The notes below the pieces were generated by a model. That model saw only the letters and a program-made list of their open reading frames with translations. It ran no database searches and had not been told where the DNA came from. This document shows, piece after piece, positions 37,642 through 46,835 of a DNA stretch of 64,000 nucleotides. This stretch comes from Armatimonadota bacterium (lineage in GTDB: Bacteria; Armatimonadota; DTGP01; JAKQQT01). The stretch covers positions 118,184 through 182,183 of the forward strand of contig DASXVS010000002.1 in the NCBI GenBank assembly GCA_036504095.1, given 5' to 3'. Numbering within the stretch: position 1 is the first letter of the stretch; every line of letters starts with the position of its first letter. Both the position numbers and the translations under genes were made by a program.

Positions 37642-37671
37642 TTGACGCTCACAGACACCGGGGCGTACAAT
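37642..37671 (+). promoter_or_regulatory. Candidate sigma70-type promoter TTGACG-N18-TACAAT
   Basis: TTGACG then an 18-nt spacer then TACAAT, about 65 nt before the 37737 start. Confidence 0.35.
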
Positions 37672-37736
37672 ATAGCGTGTGGGGCGCCCCGGCGGGCGCC
37701 CCCATTTTACATACGTCCGCTCGGAGGAGCCCCCTG

Positions 37737-39089
37737 ATGGAAAACGTCCTGTTGTCGGATCCAGGCTACGGCGAAGCTCGGCTCGCCAACGCCCGCGCAA
37801 AAGGCCAATATGAAGCCCTCGCGCAAGCCCTGCAAAAGGGCGCGGATTCCGTGCTGGACGCTGTCGGCGAATCGGGCCTCCGGGGACGCGGAGTCGGCTG
37901 GCCCGTCCACGACAAGTGGCTCACATACCGCAAATCGCCCACGGAAACGAAATACCTCATTTGCAACGCCCACGAAGGCGAGCCCGGCAGTTTCAAGGAT
38001 CGGGCGCTGCTGGAGCGCTTCCCGCACAAAGTGTTGGAGGGCATTCTCCTCGCAGCCTTCGCCGGCGGCGCCACGAAGGGCATCTACTACACCGATGAGA
38101 ACCACGATGACGCCCTCTCCGCGATCAACAAGGCTATGGACGAAGCCCGTGAGGCCAACCTCCTGGGCGCGAACATCCTCGGATCCGGTTGGGACTTCGA
38201 AATCGAGGTCGCCGTCTTCAACAGCTCGCAGTTCCCGAACTACGTGAACGTCAGCGGCGAAGAGACCGCCATCTGCGAGTTTCTGGAAGGCCGGCGTCCG
38301 CTCCCGCGGCAGAAGCCCCCTTACGCCGTCGAGGCCGGCCTCCGCGGCAAGCCAACACTCGTCCACAACGTTGAAACGTTCGCCCAACTCCCCGCCATCA
38401 TCCGCAACGGCGCCCGTTGGTTCAGGTCGATGGGCACAGCGGCCACCCCGGGCACGCTGCTGATGAGCCTGATGGGCCCCGTCAACAACCCGGACGTCTA
38501 CGAGGTTGAGGCCGGCACCAGCCTCCGCTACCTCATCGATACGCTGGGCGGCGGGTTGATCGAGAACCGGGCGCTCAAGGCCGTCGCGCCGGGCGGACCG
38601 GCGTCCGAGTTCATCCTCGGCAGCGCCGCCGATGTCGCCATCGACTACGCCCCGCTCGAGGCGGTTGGCACGCGCCTCGGCGTCGGCGCGGTGTGGGTCA
38701 TCCCGGCCGGCACGTGCATGGTCGAGGAATGTCTCAAAATGTCGCGCTGGTACGAGCGCATGTCCTGCCGCCAGTGCACCGGCTGCGGCATGGGAAGCAG
38801 CGTCATCTTCAGCAACCTCGGCGATATCCGGCGCGGCGTGGTCGGCGTGGAGTACCTCGACTACCTGGCCAGCGTCTGCGAATGGATGCCGGGAAACGGC
38901 ATCTGCGAATTCGTCGACCGCGTGCCGCGCCACATATTGAGCGCCATGAACCTCTTCCCCGAGGATTTCCTGCAGCACCTCAAAGAAGGCCGCTGCGCGG
39001 ACGGCTCATTCAGCCTCGTCAACAAGAAGTTCTTCGACCCAACGGCGGTCCTGCAAACCGGCGATGAGGACATGCCGATCAGGCCTTAG
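37737..39089 (+). CDS. NuoF-like (complex I 51-kDa subunit family) protein with degenerate FMN-binding loop
   Basis: NADH-site-like ICNAHEGEPGSFKDR and Fe-S motif SCRQCTGCG are present, but the canonical GRGGAGFPTG loop reads GRGVGWPVHD; no nuoE or other complex I genes adjacent. Confidence 0.7.
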   Translation: MENVLLSDPGYGEARLANARAKGQYEALAQALQKGADSVLDAVGESGLRGRGVGWPVHDKWLTYRKSPTETKYLICNAHEGEPGSFKDRALLERFPHKVLEGILLAAFAGGATKGIYYTDENHDDALSAINKAMDEAREANLLGANILGSGWDFEIEVAVFNSSQFPNYVNVSGEETAICEFLEGRRPLPRQKPPYAVEAGLRGKPTLVHNVETFAQLPAIIRNGARWFRSMGTAATPGTLLMSLMGPVNNPDVYEVEAGTSLRYLIDTLGGGLIENRALKAVAPGGPASEFILGSAADVAIDYAPLEAVGTRLGVGAVWVIPAGTCMVEECLKMSRWYERMSCRQCTGCGMGSSVIFSNLGDIRRGVVGVEYLDYLASVCEWMPGNGICEFVDRVPRHILSAMNLFPEDFLQHLKEGRCADGSFSLVNKKFFDPTAVLQTGDEDMPIRP

Positions 39090-39180
39090 CGCCGGAACTG
39101 ACTTGTGAGCACCTGGAGATGAGGTTTCGAAATCAGGAACCCATTTCCCAGGTTCTCAAGTCTATAACCTCAATACTCGA

Positions 39181-39924
39181 ATGACTTCATACGAAACAAC
39201 CGACGATCTGAAGAATCTGCCGATCCACGACAACGGCGAGCCGCTTGTGGATTTTCGCACCTGCGGCGCGGTGTTCGCGCCGCGCCACAGCGTGTTCCCG
39301 TTCCCGCGGCTGCCGCTTCTGCGTTGGGGCGTCGTGGCCAGGCTCGTCGAGGTGGTGAAAGCGCTTCCCGTCGGCTGGACGCTGCACATCAACGAGGGCT
39401 TCCGGCCCATCGAGGTCCAGCGCCTTCAGTTTGAGGCGGGCCGGCGTCGCTTCGAATCGATGTTCCCGGACATGGATCCCGCTGAACGCGCCGCACTGCT
39501 CGAGGATTTCACCGCGCCGCCCGACGTCCCCGAGGTCCCGCCGCCGCACAGCACCGGCGGCGCATTGGACATCCGGCTGCTGGATGCTAACGGCGAGGAG
39601 GTAGACCTTGTCTCGCCGTTCGCGCGGGACGATACCTTGCACGTCGCCGCGTGGGATGCGCCCGTTTCACCTGAAGCGCGCGCGAACCGCGAGATACTGG
39701 GGGCCGCAATGGCAGCCGGCGGCATCACGAACTACCCCGCAGAGTACTGGCACTGGAGTTATGGCGACCAGGGCTGGGCCCACCGCGGCGGCCACCCCGC
39801 CGCGATCTACGGACGCCTGGACTACACGATTGCCGGCCTTGAGGCGATGACCGGCATACTCGCAAACCGCGAGAATCCCCTGCACGACTGGCCCGTGGAC
39901 CTCCCAAAGGAAATCATCACATAG
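39181..39924 (+). CDS. D-Ala-D-Ala dipeptidase (VanX-like, M15 family)
   Basis: HSTGGALDI zinc-ligand motif and EYWHWSYG motif. Confidence 0.7.
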   Translation: MTSYETTDDLKNLPIHDNGEPLVDFRTCGAVFAPRHSVFPFPRLPLLRWGVVARLVEVVKALPVGWTLHINEGFRPIEVQRLQFEAGRRRFESMFPDMDPAERAALLEDFTAPPDVPEVPPPHSTGGALDIRLLDANGEEVDLVSPFARDDTLHVAAWDAPVSPEARANREILGAAMAAGGITNYPAEYWHWSYGDQGWAHRGGHPAAIYGRLDYTIAGLEAMTGILANRENPLHDWPVDLPKEIIT

Positions 39925-39989
39925 CAGACGGCCGGGGGCAGGGAGCCAGGGTTCTCCCCTGACCCCCAGCCGTTGCGGCACACCCTGCG

Positions 39990-41216
39990 TCAGTCTTCTT
40001 CCCAGCTCTTCGGGCTGAAGCCGGTGACCACACCCTTAACGTTCTGAAGCGCTTCGTCGTAATGCAGAACGGTGCCGTTGCCGTTGAAAGATACGGTCTT
40101 CCCGGCCAGGGAACCGTACACGTTCCCGGAGGTGCCGGCGCCGTTCAGCACGATGTCGGCTTCAGGGGCGTACACGGCCGCGGAAAGCGCCCCGTTGCCG
40201 GAGATGCTCACGCTGGTGCAGGTCGGCGTGCCGTAGAGGATGAGATCGCACGGCCGCGCCAGCCTGCCGGTCATATCGTTGTTGTTCACGATGCCGTTGC
40301 CGCCAATGAACATGCTGCCTGTAACGTAAAGGTACACGCGACCGCTGGTGGTGACGATGCTGTTACCGGTCAGGCTGATCGAATCGCAATAGTACGTGCC
40401 CGCAGGGATGGCCAGCGAGCCGGTGATGGCATTCCTGCCGCCATTGATCCTCGAAATCGGGATGGCGTCGCCCGGAATGGCCACATCGGGCATAGTGGCG
40501 GTTGCCGGGGCCGACAGTACGCTGCCGGATATGCGGCTGCGATCCAGCGTCACGCTGTTCAGATTCGTGCTTGGACCGTAGATCACGTTTCCGCCGCAGT
40601 GGCCGTTGTTCAAGATGGTGATGGCGCTGGGGTTCGTGGAATCCGTCCGAATGTCTCCCTTGGTGCCCACGTTGGTGCCGCCGTACGTACCGCCGCCCGT
40701 GGCGGGATCGGAGTTGTACGAGTCCGTTTCGCCGTTGGCCAGCGGAACGCCGTTACGGCCGAACGCCGCCGCGCTGAATGGTGTACCCCAACGCTTGTAT
40801 GCTATCACCCGCACCTGCTTGGCCAACTTGCCCCGCCCGTTGGCGGCAGGGGAGTATCCATGCGCCGTCACCTGCAGGTAGTCACCCCCCAGTTCGATGA
40901 TCGGATCCACCGTATAGGTTCCGATGGTGGTGGTCGCCCCGCCAACCGTTTCGACCAGCGGCTTATCGGTGAAATCCACCGGGCTGCCGGTGCAGCGCCA
41001 CACAGGGTTCGTGTTCATCTGGTTCAGCGCGCGTTCGATACCGGCCTCCGCCAGATTCCGAACGATGAGCGTCTGGCCGCCCGCGCGCGTGGATTTCTGC
41101 TCCGATGTAGCCATCGTTGTCATCGCCACCCCCAGCGCGAGCACGATGACCATGAACGCCAGCGCCGCTATCATGGCGAACCCACGGCGCTTTCGATTGT
41201 GATTGATATCAGTCAT
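39990..41216 (-). CDS. PilX-like minor pilin / pilus assembly protein
   Basis: N-terminal RRGFAMIAALAFMVIVLALGVAM hydrophobic segment, then a Gly/Thr/Asn-rich beta-rich region; last gene of the pilin cluster. Confidence 0.45.
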   Translation of the reverse strand: MTDINHNRKRRGFAMIAALAFMVIVLALGVAMTTMATSEQKSTRAGGQTLIVRNLAEAGIERALNQMNTNPVWRCTGSPVDFTDKPLVETVGGATTTIGTYTVDPIIELGGDYLQVTAHGYSPAANGRGKLAKQVRVIAYKRWGTPFSAAAFGRNGVPLANGETDSYNSDPATGGGTYGGTNVGTKGDIRTDSTNPSAITILNNGHCGGNVIYGPSTNLNSVTLDRSRISGSVLSAPATATMPDVAIPGDAIPISRINGGRNAITGSLAIPAGTYYCDSISLTGNSIVTTSGRVYLYVTGSMFIGGNGIVNNNDMTGRLARPCDLILYGTPTCTSVSISGNGALSAAVYAPEADIVLNGAGTSGNVYGSLAGKTVSFNGNGTVLHYDEALQNVKGVVTGFSPKSWEED

Positions 41217-41244
41217 TTTGTGTATCCTCTCGCGATGGGCAAAG

Positions 41245-42204
41245 TCAGACCTGTGGTGGGACGTTTACCGTCACGGAAGACGCCGCCGCCTCCCGACCCA
41301 CAACAACGTTGGTGACCGTGGCCGCCGCGCCGTCGGTGGGTGATGCCGTGACGGAGTACGTCCCTTCCATCAGGCCATAAAGTTCAAAGGTCCCGATCGC
41401 GTCCGAAGTGGTGGAAATTACGATGGTGCCGACAGGGTAGGCGCCGGTGGTGCTGGTATACGTAGCCTTCACAACGGCATTTGGCACGCCCACGCCGTTG
41501 CGCATCACGCACCCGGGGATGCTTCCGCTGCGCATGTTCCGAAGCCGCACCCCGGTCACCGAGACGGGGCACTCGCCGCTGGCCCTGCCGGTACCCAGAA
41601 TCTGCGTCTGGAAGTCGATGGAAGCGACCCTCGGGCCGGCGGTGGCGGCGACCGGCGTTCCGTCGCGATTTTTCAGTACAAGCGTGAACTGCTGGACATT
41701 GCGGGCTATTACCGCGGATCTCTCCGCCGAACGGTAGCTGGTTCGCGGCGAGTGCGCATCGTTGGTTACCACATTGACGGCCGGAACCACGGTTCGCCGC
41801 AGCGTCTGGTCCGCGGGATTGATGTAGTAGATAACAGTGTCCGTCACGATCGCCTGGGGCGTCGCCGTTCCGACCCCGTAGTACAGCAGACCGTAGGCGT
41901 CCTGCGAGGGAACCTGCAGAATCAAGCAGGCAGCCGGGCTCGGCCCGGAGGATGCCGTATAGGACACGCCGTCCACGATTGTGGAACTGAGAAATGCGGT
42001 TGCGCCGCGCGCGTCGGTGGCCATGCGGTCCAGCACCGTGCGCGTGCGAAGCTGCGCGTAGGTACGCGCCTGCTCGTTATGAAAGCCTCTGGTGCCTCCG
42101 ACGTAAAGCCCGACGGCGGTGGCCATCAGACCGCCGGAAATAGCGGTCGCCACCACCGTTTCCATCAATGATACACCGTAACGGCCTATTCTGAATCGTT
42201 TCAT
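41245..42204 (-). CDS. Pilin-like protein (prepilin-type leader) with C-terminal Ig-like/carboxypeptidase-regulatory-like domain
   Basis: GVSLMETVVATAISGGLMA resembles a G/xxxxE prepilin cleavage motif; start overlaps the upstream stop. Confidence 0.45.
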   Translation of the reverse strand: MKRFRIGRYGVSLMETVVATAISGGLMATAVGLYVGGTRGFHNEQARTYAQLRTRTVLDRMATDARGATAFLSSTIVDGVSYTASSGPSPAACLILQVPSQDAYGLLYYGVGTATPQAIVTDTVIYYINPADQTLRRTVVPAVNVVTNDAHSPRTSYRSAERSAVIARNVQQFTLVLKNRDGTPVAATAGPRVASIDFQTQILGTGRASGECPVSVTGVRLRNMRSGSIPGCVMRNGVGVPNAVVKATYTSTTGAYPVGTIVISTTSDAIGTFELYGLMEGTYSVTASPTDGAAATVTNVVVGREAAASSVTVNVPPQV

Positions 42205-42776
42205 CGTGCCCCGATTCCTCCCTGGGCGATGATGGTGCCCATAACCGCGTATCGCGGCTGCTTGTTGGGATCCGTCCAGCGCACGATGACGGTCACATGC
42301 TTGGCCGGGTACGTCGCGGTTGTGCCATTCGGGCCCAAGGTGGTGCTGGTGCCGTTCGAGTCGTTGGTGATGATTACACCGCCGCTGCCGCCGCTGAGAT
42401 TGGCGAGGTTGGGGATCTGCCCCGGATAGCCGGCGTCACCCGGTCTTGAGGCATCGGAAGTCCCATCCGCCTTCAGAAAGCGGGCTTCCTGCGTCCCGGC
42501 CGGGGTCGGCGCCTTTATGATGGTCTGCAACGTCGCGAAGGGGATGTTGCGCACCAGTTCGATCTCGAGCTGCGCTGCCTGGTAGGCCTGGGCCATGTTC
42601 CTGGCATCGGAGTTGCCAACCGTGCTGATGGCCACCAGGTAAAATGCCGATACGATTCCCACTACGGTAAGGACGATCGCGCACAGAACCTCCACAAGCG
42701 TGAAGCCCCGGCGTTTCCCTCGGTGAATTGCAGCATGGCCGCTTCGGCGCGGCGCGCCTGAATCCGGTTTTCTCAA
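42201..42776 (-). CDS. Prepilin-type pseudopilin / minor pilin
   Basis: RRGFTLVEVLCAIVLTVVGIV; proposed TTG start is in frame (codon 63 of the track ORF) and preceded by AAGGAGG with a 5-nt spacer. Confidence 0.65.
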   Translation of the reverse strand: MRKPDSGAPRRSGHAAIHRGKRRGFTLVEVLCAIVLTVVGIVSAFYLVAISTVGNSDARNMAQAYQAAQLEIELVRNIPFATLQTIIKAPTPAGTQEARFLKADGTSDASRPGDAGYPGQIPNLANLSGGSGGVIITNDSNGTSTTLGPNGTTATYPAKHVTVIVRWTDPNKQPRYAVMGTIIAQGGIGAR

Positions 42777-42841
42777 GGCAGCCTCCTTTACAGGCTCTAT
42801 AGTCGCGGGCGATCCCTGGTGAGCGCCACGGGGAACGCAGA

Positions 42842-43312
42842 TCACTGCAGGACCGGATCCGTTGCGGTGGCGGGGGCCCCGTTGTTCACAACGGATCGAA
42901 TTGCGCCGCTCGCGTCGATGAAGAACGAACGCCGGCCGGTTGTCCCGAATTGAATGGGGCACGCGGTGATGGCGTAGTTGCTGGCGTCGCCGCCGCCCGC
43001 GAAAGCGTATCCGGACTTCTGCCCTGACGCGAGAATCGGGTCCAGTTCCGGTGGCACGAGCGCCCCCAGGTCCTGGATATGGGAGGGATAGGCGTAGTTC
43101 CCGCCCACGTTCCGCAGCTGATAGGTCTCCATCGCCTTCGAGATGACGCGCATCGAACCGATCGCGCTACTCTCGTTGGCGGCCATCCGGGACTCCAGCA
43201 TGTTCGGTATGGCAAGCCCTGCCAGGATAAGGATGACCGTGATCACGATCAACAGCTCCACGAGTGTGAAGCCTCTCGGCCGGCGGCGGTACGCGTTTGC
43301 TATCAAAGACAT
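42842..43312 (-). CDS. Type IV pilin-like protein (156 aa), paralog of the pilin at 45898..46368
   Basis: RGFTLVELLIVITVILILAGLAIPN class III signal; AGGAG ribosome-binding site 7 nt before the ATG; shares the AANESSAI motif with the paralog. Confidence 0.75.
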   Translation of the reverse strand: MSLIANAYRRRPRGFTLVELLIVITVILILAGLAIPNMLESRMAANESSAIGSMRVISKAMETYQLRNVGGNYAYPSHIQDLGALVPPELDPILASGQKSGYAFAGGGDASNYAITACPIQFGTTGRRSFFIDASGAIRSVVNNGAPATATDPVLQ

Positions 43313-43367
43313 GTACAAACTCCTGTGTAGGCGAACAACCACCCCATACGAAGAGGGCGGTCCCATG

Positions 43368-43378
43368 CCTTTATACCA
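43368..43378 (-). promoter_or_regulatory. Candidate extended -10 element TGgTATAAA upstream of the pilin gene
   Basis: Minus-strand TCGTGGTATAAAG about 55 nt upstream of the pilin ATG. Confidence 0.3.
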
Positions 43379-43638
43379 CGACGCCGGGGCCATCCGGCAG
43401 GGGGGAGCAGTACCAACTCATGTCCGCCCTAGTATGAAGGAGCCTGGTCGTTTACACTGAGGAGGCGGGAGGCTCAGGCAAAGCTGGCGGAGGTTCGAGG
43501 CATCCTGGCCGAAACGGAGCGGGGAACGAGCCCAGTGGAGACGAAAGACGCCTCCTCCTTCAACTTCGCCAGTCCGGGCCGGAATCGGCGCCGTGTCGCT
43601 CCCGCTCCCACACACCCCCTCCCGTATCGCCCCGGTCC

Positions 43639-45756
43639 CTACCGCGTCAGGCCTTTTCCCCTCCACGGCGCGAGTTCGGGGTGGTCCGGATAGGAATCCG
43701 CCGCCCAACCGAGCAAACGATCGCTCAGATCCGGCCGGTTTTCGTCCCGGAAAATGCCGGCAAGGCGCACATACGCCGACGGGTCCAACGGCTCCGACTC
43801 GATGGCGGCGCGTAACGTGTACTTTTCGCCGTAAGCGTTTCCGCTGGCCCGGTAGGCGCGCGAAAGGGCCATCCAGGTTGTGGACGATACCGGCGCTTCC
43901 CGCACGGCCTGGCGTGCCTGCGTAACGGCCTCACGCGTGTTCAGATAGCAAAGCGCTTGCGCCAGCCCCGCGCGCCATATGCCGTTGCGCGGCTCGGCGG
44001 CGAGGTTTGCCGAGTACGCCTCGGCAGCGTCCTCCGCCGGTCCCATCACCTCCATGCCGCTTTTCGCTGCGGCGGCTTCCAGCGCTGTCTCACCCAGCGC
44101 GCGACGATAGCCAACTTCCGACGGGTCGATCAAGGATGCCGCGCGGTAATACGGCACGGCTGCCCCCGGCCGGCCTTGCGCTCTTAAGTGCGCGCCAAAA
44201 CCGCTCGCAGTGTCCGCTCCAAGGGTTGAGAGAGCTGCCACGATGGCCGCGGCGCCCCAGCCATATCCGGCGATTCGGGTTGCGTGGGCGGGTACGGTCC
44301 AACGCCTGCGGACAACAGGCTCCAGCGCCGCCGTCAGCCCCCAGCACAGCGCCAGGCACAGCGTGGTGGTTGGCGCGCGAGGAGTGAAGCTTCCCTGGAT
44401 AACAAACGCGGCGATCGCGCCGAAAACCGCGGCGGCCGTGTCTGCGCGGCGCATTGCAGTTGGACTCCCGCCCGGTGTCGGAACCGGCCGCCCCTTCCTG
44501 GCCAACAGGCCGGCTTCTTCCCGCGCCCGGTCCGAGGCCAGGCCCGCGATCAACACCACGAGGAGCGCCCAGGCCACAAGTCCGAGTGCGCCGCCTTCAA
44601 CGGCCGCGGAATACCACTCGCTTTGCGCGTTCTGGTGCGGCAGCAGGAGGGCGTCAGGCATATTTACAGAATCGTGGGCGATCGTCGACGCCGCGATCCG
44701 ATAGCCATCCGGGCCGTAACCCAGGAACGGCCGCTGGCCGAAGAGGCCGCTGGCGACGCCCCACAACGTCTTGCGAGCCGACGCCGCCTGAGTTTCGGCG
44801 GTGGCCCGCCTCTCCGTACGCGCCGCCGAGCCGGGTAGATGCGTGTCCGCGAACACGGCTAGTGCGGCAACGGCCAGGCCGACCGCAAGCGCACGTCGGG
44901 CGGCGCTGAATCCCGGCAGCGATGCGAGCCACCATATGAGGAAGGCGCCCAGCGGCGCCGAAAGCGCGAATGCCGCGGAATGGGAACGCGTCCAGACGAT
45001 TGGGAGCGCCATCATGATGATCATCGCTATCCCGCCGAGGCTGGGATTCAACGGCCTGGAAGAACCCCGGCCCGCGGCGTAAATCGTCACGATCAGTCCC
45101 GCCGCTGCCGCTACCCACGCGGCGCGCGCATAGGTCAACACCAGCGCGACGACGATCGCCGCGATGGCCGGTGTCAGCCAGCGAGGACTCCTCCGCATCC
45201 GGGAAATCGCCAGCGCAAACGGCAGCGCCAGCGCGAGGAACGCCCCCAGGTAAACGGGTGAACCCACCGTGCCTGCCGCCGCATATGCCCGATTCGCCGC
45301 GCCCCCTTGGAGAAGATCGAGGGCGTAGTGCTGCGCAATGGCGTAGGCCGAGGAGATGCCGGCCGATGCGACCAACGCGAGCATCAACCGCCGACGCGCC
45401 CCCGCCTTCCTCGCCACCTCCGCGAAGGCCAGCGCCAGCACAGCCCCCGGCAGCAGGTTCAGCGCCGCCCACGCACTGCTGACCCGCGATACCGCCGCCA
45501 TCACCGTAACGAGCGTTGCGAGCATCCAGAACACCCCTGGCCAGAGGAGTCGCGATGGCAGCGCCGCCTTGCGCAATCTGCTGAAGAGGAATCCGGCGCC
45601 GCCGGCGGCCGCCCACATCGCGGCGATTTTGATCCTCCCACAAAGCGATTGCCCCAACGGGTTCATCAGCAGCGGAGTGAGAAACAGAACCAGGACGGCC
45701 AGCCTCTCAAGGGCGCGCCGTGCCTGTTGTGCCGCCAACCGTTCTCTGTTGTCCAT
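43639..45756 (-). CDS. O-antigen ligase (Wzy_C) family polytopic membrane protein with C-terminal TPR-like region
   Basis: Many Ala/Leu-rich TM helices; LTYARAAWVAAAAGL resembles the conserved ligase block; C-terminal soluble region with TPR-like helices; lies between two pilin paralogs. Confidence 0.65.
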   Translation of the reverse strand: MDNRERLAAQQARRALERLAVLVLFLTPLLMNPLGQSLCGRIKIAAMWAAAGGAGFLFSRLRKAALPSRLLWPGVFWMLATLVTVMAAVSRVSSAWAALNLLPGAVLALAFAEVARKAGARRRLMLALVASAGISSAYAIAQHYALDLLQGGAANRAYAAAGTVGSPVYLGAFLALALPFALAISRMRRSPRWLTPAIAAIVVALVLTYARAAWVAAAAGLIVTIYAAGRGSSRPLNPSLGGIAMIIMMALPIVWTRSHSAAFALSAPLGAFLIWWLASLPGFSAARRALAVGLAVAALAVFADTHLPGSAARTERRATAETQAASARKTLWGVASGLFGQRPFLGYGPDGYRIAASTIAHDSVNMPDALLLPHQNAQSEWYSAAVEGGALGLVAWALLVVLIAGLASDRAREEAGLLARKGRPVPTPGGSPTAMRRADTAAAVFGAIAAFVIQGSFTPRAPTTTLCLALCWGLTAALEPVVRRRWTVPAHATRIAGYGWGAAAIVAALSTLGADTASGFGAHLRAQGRPGAAVPYYRAASLIDPSEVGYRRALGETALEAAAAKSGMEVMGPAEDAAEAYSANLAAEPRNGIWRAGLAQALCYLNTREAVTQARQAVREAPVSSTTWMALSRAYRASGNAYGEKYTLRAAIESEPLDPSAYVRLAGIFRDENRPDLSDRLLGWAADSYPDHPELAPWRGKGLTR

Positions 45757-45897
45757 GCCGTCGCTGCCTCCATTTGCGCGTTGTTCGCCGTTCGTTTACC
45801 TATCGTCGGTCGCTGGCGCCAACCTGAGCCGGCCCCAAAAGAGTGGGGGCGGTCCCGTCTCCGGAGCCGCCCCCAAACATCTTGCTCGCTATCAGCG

Positions 45898-46368
45898 TTA
45901 CTGGATCGGGGTGCCTGCGCCCACTGCAACGGCAGCGGAGCCGGCGCGGATAACGCCCGTCTGGTCCACGGAGAAGAAGCGGTCGCCGGAAGAACCAACG
46001 GTCGTCGGTGCGGCGGTGAAGCCATAGGTGTTGGCGAAGGCGTCCGTCGAGACTGGCGCGCTGAACGTGTAACCGCTCTTGATACCGGTGGCCAGCACCG
46101 GGTCGATGAGGTTGGCGGCATCGCCATCGGCGACGAACAGGGCGACCGTGTTAGCGCCGGTCAGGGAACTGGCATAAAGGTGGCTGGCGCTGCGGGCGCG
46201 GAATGTCTCCTGCGCAGAAACCAGGGTGCGCAGCGAGGAAATAGCGCTGGACTCGTTCGCGGCCTTGCGGCTGGAGAGCAGGTTCGGGATCGCGATGGCC
46301 GCCAAAATGGCGATGACCGCGATGACGATCAAGAGTTCGATCAGGGTGAAGCCCTTGTTGGCTTTCAT
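45898..46368 (-). CDS. Type IV pilin-like protein (156 aa)
   Basis: KGFTLIELLIVIAVIAILAAIAIPN class III signal; AAGGAGAA ribosome-binding site upstream; start by codon arithmetic. Confidence 0.75.
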   Translation of the reverse strand: MKANKGFTLIELLIVIAVIAILAAIAIPNLLSSRKAANESSAISSLRTLVSAQETFRARSASHLYASSLTGANTVALFVADGDAANLIDPVLATGIKSGYTFSAPVSTDAFANTYGFTAAPTTVGSSGDRFFSVDQTGVIRAGSAAVAVGAGTPIQ

Positions 46369-46835
46369 GTTCTTGCGCACTGTGGTTCTCCTTGGATTCG
46401 CAGTCCAAATGATTGAGACGGCTTCCGGCCGCCTGGTATGATGGCGAATCACCGTTCGAAATTGTCGTCGGGCATCCACTGTCGGCCTCTCTGGACTCTG
46501 TCACCCTCTCGGGGACCCCAGGAGACGCTGGGTGGGAGCGCCTGCGCGTTCTATGATCGAACTGTGTGGTTCACCGCGGCCGTGGCCGCTTGTCTACTAG
46601 CCGATAGGTCTCCGTCCACCACGCTCCGCCTCAGTTACGATGGGCCAACCCCCTGGTTCGCTCCTCTGCGTCGCGCACCGCCCGTGACCATCTACTCTCT
46701 TCTTCCACACTGCCCAGCACACCGGATACAGGATTGGTAGGAACATCGCTTCACCACGTAGCCAAAAAGCAAAACGGCCGGCGAATAGCCGGCCGCTTGC
46801 CTGTACCCCAACCGCGGATTCCCAACCCTCAATTC

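Noticed and set aside
43957-45643. Multiple overlapping ORFs on both strands inside the O-antigen ligase gene (for example 44654..45643 minus, 44284..44838 plus)
   Set aside because: They are alternate-frame artefacts; only the 43639..45756 frame yields a coherent polytopic membrane protein.
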